Below, piece after piece: positions 38,701-57,227 of a stretch of 64,000 nt of DNA. How positions within the stretch are numbered: the first letter of the stretch is position 1; every line of letters begins with the position of its first letter. This DNA comes from the human T2T-CHM13v2.0 reference genome, Homo sapiens. The DNA lies in the NCBI RefSeq assembly GCF_009914755.1, contig NC_060936.1. One strand, written 5' to 3'. A program made the translations under genes and the position numbers. Below the pieces are notes generated by a model. That model ran no database searches and was not told the DNA's origin. It saw only the letters and a list, made by a program, of their open reading frames with translations.

Positions 38701-41700
38701 ATAGCATAATGGATATCTTTGACTCCTACCCTGAAGCCAGAAAATATTAAACTTGCATGTATAATCATACAAATGTATGCATACCTATTTATACATACAT
38801 TTACATATTTTATACTTATGCTTTCATATATTCTACGTGAGTACAATATACTCCATTTTGAAACCTTTTATATCATTCACAGAACTAGCCTAGGGACATA
38901 GTACGTGCACAATAGACGTTGGTTTAATTAAACTCACATATTTAACCAGAGAGCTTTTATTTTTTTCTCCTGCATAGTACTAGAATCTGCTCCACCTCCT
39001 AAATCACAACATTAAAATAATTACCGATAAAAGAGTTCAGGTTTAAAGTGTGGAAACCTAATCTTTAAAATAACAGTTTAAATTGGGCTTAGTGTTGTGC
39101 TTTTTAATTGTACCTTAATTCTTGCACTGAGTTCTTTCACCTTCTCCAAAACACAGATTCTACACACCAGAGTGCCAAGGCTCTGAGGAATTCTACTCAT
39201 CTACTCTGCTTTTCACCTTCAGTTCTTTCAGGAGCCCTTAACCACATAATCACCCCAGCAATTATATTCAAAGCATGAAGCAGCTCCAGAAACTCACTGT
39301 ACAGAGCTCTTGAGAGATGTAGAGAGAAATGTGGAAGATTTCTAACTTTCCCTACTTATTCCCAGTACTGCTATTCTAACCCATTACTCTGAACAAAATT
39401 CTTTTTTCTTGCTTCAATATTGTAAATGAGAAGCCCTAAACGTCACAGTTCTCTCCAAGGCATGAAAGTAGCAGCACTGGCTTTCAATTTAAGGTTTTGG
39501 GTGAGGGCCTTTGTCATAGGAATAGATAGGCTATCTCTTCTAAGTCATAGAGCTCACAGGGCCACTGTGTGACTGAATCAATGTGGTTGGAATGAGTTGA
39601 GGGTGGGATGTTCTCAGATATCCTATGATTTTATACAATACTGCAACCCCACCCCCCAAACTAGAATAGAATCCTAGATTCAGATCAATATTAGACATTC
39701 TCAGACTGACTAATCTGCCATTTTAGTGTCATCCCAAACATCTGCTAGGCCTAAGAAACAATTGCCCCCCAGGTTAAGTAGCACCTGAGGTCATAAGTGG
39801 CTCTTTTACCAGATAACAGGGCACCCCCTATGGAGGTGGAAAGTATAGGATATAGACCAACTCAGCTAATTGGAAGATTAATTAAACTGGGACAGAAACC
39901 AGACAATGACAGTAAATTTTATTGTATCACTAATTCAATTTGATTTTTCTAGCTGCCTACTCAGTAACATGTAATGGAGGAGAAGCATCACTCTTCTATT
40001 TTCTATGGAAAGAATCATAGTTCTCAACCTGCCCTACAAGATACTGAATTTAGAAATTCATAAATTATACACTCATATGATTGTGTATTGAAAATAATTC
40101 CTAACCAGGAGTCCTATTTAGGTGTCAAATGAGGCTTAAATAAAAGCAGGCGGAGGCCAAAATATGGTTTAAATGTCTTTGCCATCTAGAACCTGTATCC
40201 TTGTTCCCTACTCTATTGCTCTCAGTGCTCTCTGCTCCCTTCCTCTTCTCTTGTATCATAACTTATTCCCAGGAAAAGGAGTGAGATTCCTAATGTAAAT
40301 TAGGTGATTAAATGTATACATCCCTAATATGGCTTAATATGTCACCTTTCCTGGGATTACTTTCATTCGAATGACAGACAGCTCAGCTCAGTGCTAAAGC
40401 AACAAATCTGTGTGGGAAGGTGGTAGTTGCAGTGGGGTGGGAAATGAAAAAGACCTTTTCAGGACCTTCAACACACCATGGACCACATAGCATACATAAG
40501 GCCAGACCCATCCCAGTGTGACTATTCACTTTCAGCTGCTTCTCCTCCATGAAGAGCTCCTTAAACAGGAGGAAAAGTCTCTGACACCCAAGTGAAGAAA
40601 GCAAAAGCTCTGCTGTAGTGTGTAGCAGCCTACTGAGCATGTATTTCCTATATGGCTTTGGGCTCAGAGAGCACATAAGGTATGGCCACAGTCCCTGGAA
40701 ATGCTGAATGCATTCATCAATATCACTGCAGTGACATCATTTATGCACACATCTGAATCATTCCTAACATACAAAAACAGACATTCACAGGGTGTCAAGC
40801 AATGACAGGGCCTTTTTAGAGAGATGATGATTGAAAGAATAAAGTGAGTTCTGGAATAGTTTTTCCAAAAGCTTATTGCCCAAACAATCTGGTTATTCTA
40901 TCTCTAAATCTTGAACTAACTAACTAAAAACCGACCAAAAAAAAAAAAAAAATGAACCAAAGAAACCTAGTTCTTAGTGACATGTGCAGGTGACCAGCAC
41001 TCTGCAGAGAATTCTCCCTTGGGCAACTCCTGATGGCCACGGAAGACCGGGTGAGTGATAGTCACTTAACTGTATAGACAACTCCTACTGTATCATGTCA
41101 TACATGCGTTTTTGGCACTACTGACACCAGCAACATTTAATGGAATCATTTGGGATTTTCCCCTCAATCACAACATGGCTGTGGCCAGTGCAGGGAAATA
41201 CATATGAAGGATGTTTCCCAAGTTCTGGCTGAGGATACACAGTGACAGATTTTGAAATAACAAAGTCCACTGTACATGCATCACTTTGAAGGGTGTGCAA
41301 AGTCTCGACTCAGGCAAATTCAAGGGTCAGATTATTGTCAGTGGAAATGCTGAGATTTAAGCATTGCCACTGAAAGGAGTTCATACAGGACCACACTCAC
41401 CAACCACTTCTGCAATGGAAGGGAATGATAGAGGGTACAAAGCGAGAAAGCATGGATTCTGAAGAACATGGGAATATTAGGTGCTCCTGAGGGTATCTGC
41501 GGAATCTCACAGTTTTGGATGGATTGGGTGTTGTTTCATACCCATCTGTGATATAGATTGGGCTTATAGCTGAATTCTTCCTCATGCATTTTACTTGCTT
41601 GTTATTCTGGAATTAAGTAACATCTAGATTTTAACAATGCCCAGCCTTCCTTTCTTTAAGTTTTCTTAAGCAGACCATGAGTAACTTAGTCCCAGTGCAA

Positions 41701-42779
41701 ATATCCAGTTGAAGAAAAGCAACCAACTGGGGCCAAATAAGTTTAGAAAAATAAAATTGTCCAGCTAACAGCTTTTATGATGGGAGGATAGGAAAAAATG
41801 TAGTGAATATACTGGGTAAATGGATTTGGAAATTTTATCCTGTGATAGAGGCTGCCAACCTCCACAAAGCCAACAGTCTAGGAAAAGAAGTTCTATTTGT
41901 CTGGTTAACCCAAGGCCAGATTATGAACACCTGGCTCGAGGCCAGTAGCACCTTCCTGATGGCAGTAATGAGGACAAGGCAAATAAAGAGCCGCTATTGG
42001 CACCATTGCTCACATACCCACCCTCCCACGTCTAAACCTAACTTCAGCAATCTTGCTAAGGGAATCATCTCACCACTGAGTTTTTAGTGGATCCCATCAT
42101 CTTTTCTAGAAAAGCATGCAAATTTGTAAGACACATATCCAGCACTACCTCTCTGTGACCAGATATCACATGCTTCAAAAAGTAGAGTTAGTGGAGATTT
42201 TTCCACGTGTGTTTGCCAGGCTGATTTCTGAGGGTGGAGATGGGGCAGGGAGTGAGTCAGCGCCCAGGTCCTAAAGAAGAAAAGACTCAGATGACTGAGA
42301 CGATTGTTTCAGCATCAGAGGAGGCCGCTGGGAGATTTCTCAGGATTGAGCTTCCTGAAACCTTTCAGTCACGCCAAGAATGGGAAGTTAATTTGACCTT
42401 AATTCTGTTTAAGCCCTTTTGGGAATCTTTCCTACCCTAGGTACTGACAGAGGAAATATGGTGCCACCAGCCTGTCTTTGTGTGGAATGTGGTAACCTAG
42501 GGTCTACCTAGAAGATAGGAGTCAGACCTGGGGTTTGCTTAGAGCCAAATTGAACCCTATGTAAAACCCTGGCCAAAGTGCATGAACATTTCTCACAAAC
42601 CAGTAAGAAGACTGGTTTTCTGGGGGGGATGGACACAATTACTTTCCCCTGGCTTTTTCACCATAGTGGCCTCCATGAGCATTCGCTTTTTCCAGACACC
42701 CTGAAGCAAAAAAGCCATACAAAACAATTCCCCCAATGGGAAATGAAAACCCATAACAAAACACTTTTTCCCTCTCATT

Positions 42780-42885
42780 CCCATCACCACCCCACTCCCT
42801 CCAGCCCAACACCCTGAATACTCACAAGAGAACACTTTATCTATACAAAATTAGAAAACAAAATATTTACATATGAAATAAACAC
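42780..42885 (-). terminator. Candidate non-canonical poly(A) site (GAUAAA) with Pumilio element and G-rich downstream region
   Basis: Plus TTTATC 42836-42841; UGUAAAUA at 42871-42864; downstream gtgttctcttgtg followed by G-runs 42780-42815. Confidence 0.35.
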
Positions 42886-43639
42886 CATCTTGATTTCTGT
42901 TGCCAGCGGAGACTGAAAGAGCTCCCTTGGTTCTAGATTGCTGTTCGCTAGGTTAGTTGGTTTGGTTTTTTTGTTTGAAAGGGGTGAGGTAAGAGGAAGA
43001 TGAGGGGATGAGTCCCTGACCCCTGGACAGAGTCAGGGCGAAGCAGTGTTTACGTGGCCCTTCGCCTTCTTCCTCCTGGAGGTGCCTCATGCCCTCTGTC
43101 CTCTCTCAGTCTTTTCTGTTATCTAAGGTAAAGCACTCCGTGCTCCTCTCACCAAATCTGTGAGAGGTTCAGCCCCTTGCCCCCATGTTCATTTTAGAAA
43201 GAAAACAAAGCTTTACAAGGCCTTCAGTTGGCTTTAAAATGAAAGATACTGAGGTAAAAATCAAGGAGGAGGGTTGGGGACAGCAGTCAAGGGCGGGATG
43301 AGGAAGGGTCACGAGTGAGGGCAAACAGGGGCGAAGAGCAGCCCTGGAGGGAGTGACTTGAAGAGACATGGCAGCTTCCTTCCAGAGGAGGATGAGCACC
43401 TTTCTGGTTTATGTGTCCTGTGTGCAACATGGCGATCCTGCAGTCAAGCTTCCACACAGACCTGGGGCTCTCTGGATGCCACCCTGTGTAGGGGAGGATG
43501 GCAGGACAGTGGAACTGACCCATAGAATAAATAGCCCTACCGCAAGTTTCAGGACCGGCAGTGATACATATTCATTTCCCTTCTCAATTTTCCAATGTTA
43601 AGTGAAGGGAGCATCAGTTCTGCCGGTACCCTCATCCCT

Positions 43640-43690
43640 GGAGTTTTATACATGTATATCTTTTTTTATTCCTCAATGGTACAATCTGAG
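43640..43690 (-). terminator. Candidate proximal poly(A) signal (about 1.6 kb UTR)
   Basis: Plus TTTATT at 43665-43670 = AATAAA; UGUA at 43683-43680; downstream element weak. Confidence 0.35.
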
Positions 43691-45195
43691 AGGGAAACAA
43701 GGTGTTGCAGGAAGGTAGAAGGGCTTCTACCAAGAGTGTTCACTCTGGGCTCAAGTCACATTCCCAGGGAGCCAGGCCCAAAGAGGTGGTGGAGGGTCCC
43801 TCTCTGCCCCCGTCTCCCATTTCCAAGTCTCTTCCCCTCTTTTCGTACCTCCAGAGCTGCACTCATGGAGTGCAGCTCATTTCTCTTAAATGTCAAGCTC
43901 ATTTCTCTTAACTGTCTGCTCTGTAGCAGTTGTAATCAGTTTTGGGGGGAAGAAGCCTGCTCGTCTAGCTTCAGGTTAAGTAAGAAGGGATCAAAGCATT
44001 GGAAACATCCCCCTCTCTCACTTACCCTACCATACACGACTCCTTACTTCTTCAAAGGTGGCTTCGTTCTTCCCCAAACCTTGGCCAGTCGAGAGTCTAA
44101 ATGCTCAAAAGAGCTTTGTAGAATCTTTTGCTCCCAAGTGTGGGCAAAAGAATCATGGCTGTGAAAATTCGGTTTCCCTTTAGCCTTCCTGGAAAGTTCT
44201 TGGTTCAAACTGGTTGAAACAATTGCCAACCACTGAGGACTTGTTTATGTACCTTGCTCTTGCAGGATTGCTCACCGCCTTTTTTTGTTTAGACCACAGA
44301 ATCTTCTTTATCAAGAATTTTCATTCTCCTTATTCCAGAAGGATGAAGGGAGACACAGCCAAAATTCAGGTAATACATGGCCATCTCTGTCTGTATATAA
44401 GCCAAACAATCACACTGCTTGGGGATATTGAAAGAAACAATAGAAAGAGTCAAGGTTGCCTTCTCTTGAGGCACCTGACTACACATGGGTGCAAGTGTGC
44501 ATGAACACACATGCACGCACAATCCACCTGCTCTTGTCCCCAAGGCACCGTGGGACACTATCATAACGTACTTTCCAGTTTGTTCAAGAATCCACTCTGC
44601 CACCAATGACCTTTTGTTCTGTTCACCACCACTATCGAGTCTCATGGGGTTGAAGCAAGCATTTTTTGGCTTATATATAAACACAAATGGCCTCCCAACC
44701 TCTGCTTGGCACATGATTCCTAGACAGATGTCATCTAAGCAGCATGAATTTAGCCAGAGCCTCTTTCCTTTCACAAGCAGTGTGCTAAATGGTCTCACAT
44801 AGATGCTTTTGCTTCCTCACCTAAATGAAAAGATCAGTTTGGGAAAAGCTACCTTTGTGCTCACATAGCCTCTTTTTGGTTCTCCCAGCTTCACTCAAAG
44901 AGGATATCAAGGAGCTCTTCCACACCAGGAGGAAGCCCGCATGCAGCCCTTCCTTTCTCCGCTCTACCCTCCCCTGCTGAGAGGGCCCATGGCATCATCT
45001 CATGGGAACAGGAATGGCTGACAGCGGGGGGAAGAAGGAGAGAACTGTGAAAAGGAGGAGAGATGGTGCTGGTCACCAGGGTTGCCCCCAGTAGGAACCA
45101 GAACTCCAGGATCCCATAAATAAATTAAAACAAGAAAGGAGCAAATGGGAACCAAGTTCACCCCCGTCACCCTCCGTGACATGCGCATCACGCGA

Positions 45196-45220
45196 CCCAC
45201 AGCCTTACCCTCCCGTACCC
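45196..45220 (-). promoter_or_regulatory. RNA G-quadruplex motif in the proximal 3'UTR (GGGUACGGGAGGGUAAGGCUGUGGG)
   Basis: Four G3 runs 24-49 nt after the stop codon; an FMRP-binding G4 in the NR2B 3'UTR has been described, and identity with this motif is recalled from memory, not verified. Confidence 0.7.
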
Positions 45221-45244
45221 ACCTTAACCTCTCTGTTCCCTCAC

Positions 45245-47125
<1,881 letters not shown>

Positions 47126-49471
47126 TTAGATCTCCAGAGAGGCTAGAAATGACCACAAAAAACACTCTCCCACCAATAATTGCTCCAACTGGATAAGAAA
47201 AAGGGAAAGCATGAAGCGAATAGTCTAATATACTATTAGATGTGGCTAGAAGTTTGCCTAATTTATACCCCTAAATTTGGTGACTGTCATGTGGTGAGCT
47301 GAGGTCAGTGACCTGGCCATCAGAGGGGGGGGCATGGCCCCACCCAGTAACTTGAGCAAAGGGACTGGAATCATAAGATATGGCATTTTTGCCTCAGCTT
47401 CACTGTTGACTTACCGTGGTTTTCTATGCCTAGATTTTCACATCTTAAAAATGAGGCCATGATATCAACCCATAGCAAAAAATATCATCAGCCTCCTGGA
47501 AATAAACGGCCATGTTCTATGGACACTGAGGTTGCTCTGCTGTGGCTGGGCCACACCTGGCTGACAGTAAAGCACAGGGGAGCTCAGTAGCTTACAACTG
47601 TCACTCTTTTCTAGCTCTGACAAATTTTAAGCAGGTTTAGAATTTTGGTCACCAAATAACAGCTGAGCAATTCTCTTCTTGAGCCAAGCATGAACAAAAT
47701 TCACAGAAAGAGAGAATTAGCAAGCCCTGGGGTCAAAGAAGGATTTTTCTCCTGCTGTGTTCTACACTGTGGGAGGGAAGAATTGGGAAAAACAGCCAGT
47801 ACTAAATAGGAATAAATAACTCCCTTGTTGAATTCTCTCATTTATTCTCTCTTTAGCTCCTGTTTTCCTTCTTATACTTTCTCACTCACTTAATATTATC
47901 ATCAATAATTAACATCTTAACAAATTAGTATTGATCGAGAGCTCCCTGTGTACAGCTCTTTGTACAGGGCTTTGAAGGACACCGTGCAGGAGAGGCAACG
48001 GGCTGGGTTCCTGGAGGGCTCAGTATGTTTGATTCTAAAGTCAAGCCAACCTCCTTCTCACATCTTGTTCCCTGCCTGGAAAGGTGGACAAACTTGGAAC
48101 TTTTCTCCCTGGCTAGGGAAAGCATATGAAAAGAGGTTGTTTGAATTGTGTCATTATAATGAACGGGACTAATTTGGAAAGGGAAGTTGTCTCCGTGGAT
48201 GGGAATGAGAGGGGAGAGGGTTAGAAGAATCGTAGCGAAATGGGAAAGAAGAAAGGTTTAGACAAGGTAAGTCTCATTGTCTCACAGGGCATCAGCAAGA
48301 TGGAAGATCTTCAAGGTAAGGTTATTCCACTTTCCCAGTTCTTCTAACCCTTCCTGATTAAGCTCAAGAGAAAATTCCAAGCCTTTTTTCCTCTATAGAG
48401 GCATTGATCATGTCAAAGGATTATAAATGGGGTTTTTATTACACATCACCAGCTCCCATGGCTTCTGGTGTTCCCCTATCTGAGATCTTAGGGAAGGGCT
48501 ACCAAGGAAGCAACATGGCTCAGGGATCATCACCACCCCAAGTTCCAGCCTCCTGTTCTGAGCTCACCTGATGGCCTGAATTAACTCACAGCCAGAAAGG
48601 ACACGGAGAAATTGTTCTCTATCAGTAAAATACTATAGGAAAATGATGAAAAGATGAAATAATTTAACGAGAAATCAATTTTCTCATTAATACAAAACTC
48701 CATTTGAGTCAAAGTTGGTTGGCCATATCTGGAACCTAGACCTTCATTCTAAAAGGACATTTGAGTTCACCTCTCATGACTTAGTCTCTCCACTTTATTA
48801 ACAAAACCAAAAGAAGCTCACTTTTTAAAAAAACTTCTCCCTGTGACCTGTTCATACATAAAACTGTCTTCCTAGTGTCTCATTTTAGACTAGGAATGAA
48901 GAGGAGACCTAAATAAAGAATGACCTAAGACTTTTACTCTTGCTCCAACTAGGGAAGTTTCTGGAATGTAAATTTCTTATGAGTCAGAGCTTATTTCTAA
49001 AGGTTCTGTTAAGCTCTTCAACTCTCCATAACCAACACATGGTTAAAACATAGAGTGAAACAACTAATAATATACCTTTGTATGTTAAAATAAGAGAGAG
49101 ATGTTACATATGATTATTTAAATAGAAATGTACATTTTTAAAGGATTAGACAGTTAATACAATTTATACAGAACCAACTAATGGTGATGAAAGACATTTG
49201 GTAAAAAGCCAAATTTTCCATTTTGACAGATCTGTCAGTTCTTACAGAGAACCAACTGCCCAAATCCCACACAGAAAGCTGTTTCTTGAAGGAAATATAG
49301 TATCACCCACTTTTCTGAGCCACTTGCAATCATATCACACAAACTCCTAAGAAAACATACATGATGTGGTTTCTTGCTTGAGCAACATGGGGGTGGAGAT
49401 AGTGTCCTCTTGGTTCTCTCTGCTTTGCACAGTGCTAGGCTAAGCTGTCCCTAACAAGCTTTAGGCATTTA

Positions 49472-49933
<462 letters not shown>

Positions 49934-51665
49934 TCAATAAAAATTTCACGTGAGTACCGCAGGCGATATGAACACATGAGACGTTGCTCCCGCTCTCCAT
50001 TATCTAGCCTGTATAAATTGGCATATAAATAATCACAATGACAAGCTGTCTGCAGGTAACAAGAGTCCAAATTGGTGACAGTAATTCTGTGGATGGCATG
50101 GCCAGTGGGTTTTCGTGAAGTAAGTAGGAGTTGGAAGTGGGCATGCTGGATGGATGAATTTTAATTTACATTGTACAAAAAGGCACTCCAGGCAGCAGGA
50201 ATAGTATGGTCGGTGGGAACACACAAGGCTTGTTTAAGTAAAGGCATGCAGAACAGTTCAAACAGAAAAAGGTATAGTAGGCAAAAGAAGCTGAATAAAA
50301 AAGAGTGATGTAAGAGTGCTGAAGATCTGAGTATCAGATTAAGCATTCTGTACTTTATATTATAGACAGTGGGGAATAACATAATCAAACGAGTGATTCA
50401 GAAAATTGCCCTTAAAATTGTGCAAAGCAGATTGGGTAGGGAGAAGACAAGCAGAGAGAGATGGGCAGAGAGATTGATTGATTCCCTAGGGCCCCTCAGA
50501 TTTACTGATCTCTTGTTGAAGAAAATAAAGAGCAAAGAGGAGTAAGCTTGGATAAAATAAGACCCCCAAATTCAGACTTGCCTTCTTTACACATTGTTTA
50601 ACGGTGCTTTGATCACTTTAACTCATGTCAGATTTCAATGACCTTTTTCCACTTCACCAGATGCTAGGAAGTAGGAGGAAGTAGGAAGAGGTCCCAGACA
50701 AAAGGAAAGTAAAAGAAACCATGTGCCCTAGAATGCATCTAATTCTAGACAAGCAAAATTCTGAAAAATCTCATGGAGAAAATTGCCTATTCCCATAGTT
50801 CTACTTTGGCTAAAAAATTGAACTTTGCTTGCATAATCTGACTAAAGTTTTGGCAACTTTTGCAAATCATCTCTTTCTCATGGATACAGTCTCCATTATT
50901 GCCTTTGAGTGACAGCTACACTAAAATTACAGAAGCTCTTATACCAAAATGGCTTGGTAACACTCCAGCTAAAACATCCTCCTGTTTCCAATGTTAATCA
51001 AATCACTTTTCCCTTATTTTTTTGATCAAACTATGATTCTCCTAACTAGTGGAGCAGACAACTTCACCTGGATTCTAAAAATCCACCTGTGGTCTTCTGC
51101 TTCTGATCTCATCCTTAACAGCAAAGCTGCAGACATAATTGAGATAGCCACTTGGCTGATGGCTGGTGAAGCCAACAAGGGTCTGGCTGCTCATCCACAA
51201 CTGAGTTAGTTTCTGTAATGCTAACAGAAACAGTAGTTTCTTTGTACAATAAAGTGAAGAGGGATGCAGAAGACAGGAATATAATGAAACAGAAGATGAG
51301 ATTTTTTTCAACTCAAGTTGGTGGTTCAGTCTGCTGCCAGGATGATACTGGGGAGTGGCTGATGGTGTCTGCCTCTGAGGACCCTAACCCTGCCTTCTGC
51401 CTCTTCCAGCTGAAAGAGCAAGATGGGAGAGCAGGAAGAATGAAGAGATGGCCGCAAGTTTATTTCTCCGCCCTACCTCTGGGCACATAAAGAGCAGAGA
51501 CCTTCCACAGTTCCATCTATTATTTTGGCCACATGTGAGATGACTGGATGAAACATCTAATATCAGTTCTCCTACTTTATCCCTGAAGGTTTGATTATAG
51601 CCTGCAACCCAGAAAAAGACCTCCTTGACAAACTGCTTCAATCCTCTCCCTGCCATCTTTCAGCT

Positions 51666-52529
<864 letters not shown>

Positions 52530-54267
52530 CTACCTGTGGGGCCATTAATATGAAGCAGTAGGGTTCCAGAAAACTATGTGGAGAATTGGTTCAAAGTAAG
52601 GTTTAAGTTGGAACTCTGCCAGAATCTAAAGCCTAAATCCCAGGCTGTTCTTTATGTGCTTTTGGGTTGAAAGGAGGAGTTCTTTTCTTCCCACTGGGAA
52701 TGATGAGAATGTAAGTTGGGCCTGAAGCCAACTCATAAACTGTGTCTGAAAGGAAGAAGGAGTAAAAAGGGATCAATAAAAATAATAACAGAAATAATGA
52801 AAAGTAACCACTGCAACGAGCAACAAATAGCATGGGGTTAGATTTATATAACATTTTTCATTTCTCAGTTTATTACAGTCTGGAGTGGGGATAAGTGTAG
52901 GTGTTTGTGTTTCAATAGAGGTGCAATGCTATTTTTGTGGTCAGGAAGGTTCCAGTATTCTGTTGTGCAACACAAGGATAGAGGTGAGGGGTTGAGGTGG
53001 TGGCAGTACAGGCTTGTGTAAGAGCAGATGAGTGAAACTACAAGAGAAGGCAAAATACAGAAGAATTCAGATCTCTCAAATACATAAATTACAGCATATA
53101 GTTCCTAAACATATAAGAACTTCATTTTATGTATTGTGCTTTGCAAGGCAGAAATACATAAAAAAGGGAATAAGACCAGGCGTAGGGGCAGGAAGGCATG
53201 AATCAATATTTAAAACCAACATTTAAACATATCAAAGGTAGAGGAAGAAATTTAGATATAGCCTTACAGGCAATAGAGAGGTCTGCAAGAAAGAAAAGCA
53301 ACACCATTATTCCCTTCATTTTTATTAGTTAAGTCACCTTGTTAGGTACCCGATAGAAAGGGGAACACCAAAAAACCAAAGCCCTGATATGAATGAGAAC
53401 AGTGGGTGTAGCAGTGGTCAGACTACCCAAAGTGGCCCTACCTTCAAGCTCAAATTCCATCTTCTGAAATCTTCTGTGACTGTATTTATGGTGATAAAAT
53501 AGAATCTAACAGTATTTTAAGTAACCATTTATCTAGGTGCCTTTTCCAGACCTGGAGCTACAAGGGTATTGAGACAAGGTCCAAGTGCTGTTAGTCATCA
53601 TACAACAAAGAAAATCAGCTACGAGACCCCTTGACCTCCAAATCCCAACATCTATAATGCTCTGTTATCCATTATCTTCCATAGCTGTGGCTTGTGGAGG
53701 CCAAATGAACAAAGGGACCAGTGTGGCTGGGACTGTGCAAGCCAACACATGTGTAGGTCATGAACTCCTATGAATGGACAAACACTCCCTAGAGGACAGA
53801 GTATGTTAACACAAGCTGGCACTGGAGATCAGTCAACGCATTCTTACTGTTAATTATCTAAAAACATTTACACTTTCCCCCTTTTATTTCTCCCTTGTCC
53901 ATAAGACACCAGAACCATAATTTTCACCTCTTGGACAACAGGTCTTTATTACATACACGGCACAAATACCTTATCCTTCACTCTGCCCTCCTACTTCTAC
54001 ATTTATTTCACTCTTATTTCATGGTTACATTAGTGCAACTAGAAAATAATTTGTAAAAAAAATACATAGAAGTAATAGCATAGGAATCGTTGTACACTGG
54101 TCTAAATGATACGATCAAATTTAACTTGGAAATCCATAAAGAGCAAATGAAGTCTTCTTTAACATTTTATGATACCAAGCATGGTATACCTAGTGCATGT
54201 GATTCAATAGTATGCTTAATAAATGTGAGAAACAGATCAAGGACTCTGAGCTTGGAAGCAGTTCTTA

Positions 54268-54495
<228 letters not shown>

Positions 54496-55439
54496 TTAGA
54501 AAATGTGAAGAGACATTAAGTAAGTTAGCATTAGTGGATTTATAATGGAAGGGACCCAACTATAATTCACCGAATACATTAGCCCTCACTCAAGAGCAGC
54601 AATTGCTATCTGAAAGCAGACTTCAATTCAATTCAATTTAGTACATATTGCTGAGAGATTTCTATTTGCCCAACCCTGACTTTAATCTATAACCCTTCTA
54701 TGTTCCTTTTATGTACACTACACAATACCAGTGTTGATGGGCCAAAGGAATGTGCTGGTGGCTTAATTGCAGTGGGCTAGTCACCTTTCTTTCTAAAAAA
54801 ATATGTAAAATCTGTATTCAGGCCTCTTAAAGGCCTAAATACACAGTCATTGCACTATTTTGTCCATAGGGCCTTAGTGAGGTGAGCTATGTGGTACTCC
54901 TGAAGATAATTTGTTGAGTATCAAATATGTTTTGCTAAGAAATTTTCTTTTGACCTTCCCTGATGCACTGAAAGCTCATATTTATCCCACATGAGTTGTA
55001 GGATAAACTGTACAATCAAAGACAATTTTAATTATGTTCCCTTTCTTGCTTGAGACTGAGAGTACATCTCCAGTGCCCATTATAATAAAGAGAAACCTCT
55101 TGGATTTTCATCCCTATGACATCAGCTTTATTTCTGGCTATCACCCTGCAATGCGTAAGTCTTTATGTTGCTTCCTGAACACAAAATTTGTTCATTTGTA
55201 TCTTCACAGCCTCATATAGTCCATCTCCTCAGTGCCAACTCATCTGTCTCTCTAGGCCAATTTATATCCGTTTCAAAATAAAACTCAAAACAATTTCTTC
55301 AAGAAATCTTCTGTGAATTCTTTCTTCCATCAAGTCTACCCCAAAGTGACCCATCAGAACCTGTTATTCTTTGTTTAGATCACTGTAATCCTACACATGC
55401 AATTACTCTCTAAATGTGCTAGCTCGTCTCTGATGTCAT

Positions 55440-55980
<541 letters not shown>

Positions 55981-57227
55981 ATTTTTAATTTGTGTCTCTA
56001 TTCTGCATTTCCTAGTAAACCCGCTCTCTAAGCTTCTTATTCTATTAGTACAGCAATGATCATTGTAGCTGTGCTGTGCTTTGGCATCGGAACGACAATG
56101 AAGATATTTGAAGTCCTCTTGGTTTCAAGTAATAGTACCATTTACTTTGGAGAAACATTTGAAAATCTAACCTGCCAACTCAGGAGAACTCTGAAGCCTT
56201 GGGATTGCCTGGGATTAGAAGTAATTCTTTTCCTTCTTAGAATATGGGAGTTCCATGGGCCACAAAATATCTCAGCACCAGGAGCCATAAATGCCATCTT
56301 AATTGCTCAGTGCTGGCCATGGTTAAAACTAGAGTCATGCCGTGGTGTTAGGCAATCTGTGATGCACCAAACAACTGCTACTTCCTGACTGAGAAAGCTC
56401 CCTCTCTGACTCATCACAGGGCTTTTTGACATTAGAAGTTTTCGTTTGATTATTTTGAAAGGGGTTATAATTTTTAAGTGGATAAAGACACTACAAAAGA
56501 GTAAGAAAAATCTACAGCCAAATGGGCCACTCAGGGTTAACTAGCCCAAACCTTTCATTTGACAAATGATGAAACCCAAAGAGGGTAAGTAATTTGCTCC
56601 ACATCACACAGTGGCATTGATAGCTAACAGATCAGAGCTCAATTCGCCTAATTAATAGTCACTCCTCACTGTCTCCAGCAGATAGCAAGCTTAAAGTAAA
56701 TAGGGATATGCTTTATTGGAAGAGACAGACACCAGAATGCTTTGCATACCACTATCAAATACAACACTTCAGATGTTTGAAGAAAGATATTCCTCAAATC
56801 AAAAGTAGAGTAAATAACTATGGTAGATAGCAATACAACTAATTAACTCCTTTTAATCAGTAATTCCCCACAATACTAGGACAATGACAACTGATGTTTA
56901 TAATGACTAAGATACTCTAGGGCCCAAGGTATTTTCTGAAACATCAGTGAAAATTGCAATCATGTCCAATACAATTCTGGTATAAATTATTACACTTTAA
57001 TTTTTCTGAAAAAAATGGCAATCCATGCAAGGTATCTGCAACTAAATTTTATGGTAACTAAATGGAATCCAGTGCCCAGAGGGCCTCACTTCCTGATGAA
57101 GCTACATTATAGGTAGTTTTCATACAGCTCTTTATATAGTAATTTTTAATTTTAAATTATTTTTAGATTTCTAAATCCTGTTTTGTAATTGTATCCCTGA
57201 ATAAATAAAAGCTAAAGAAATGATAAA

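Larger units (their letters stand above)
22665..45244 (-). other. GRIN2B: Putative extended 3'UTR of GRIN2B (about 22.5 kb to the distal poly(A) site)
   Basis: Continuous from the stop codon; U-rich tracts, Pumilio elements and several AAUAAA; ends at a complete poly(A) architecture; very long GRIN2B 3'UTRs in brain are established, but the exact end here is inferred. Confidence 0.6.

Noticed and set aside
43595-44802. 189-aa, 169-aa and 105-aa ORFs in the proximal UTR
   Set aside because: No recognisable domain or codon bias; lengths compatible with chance
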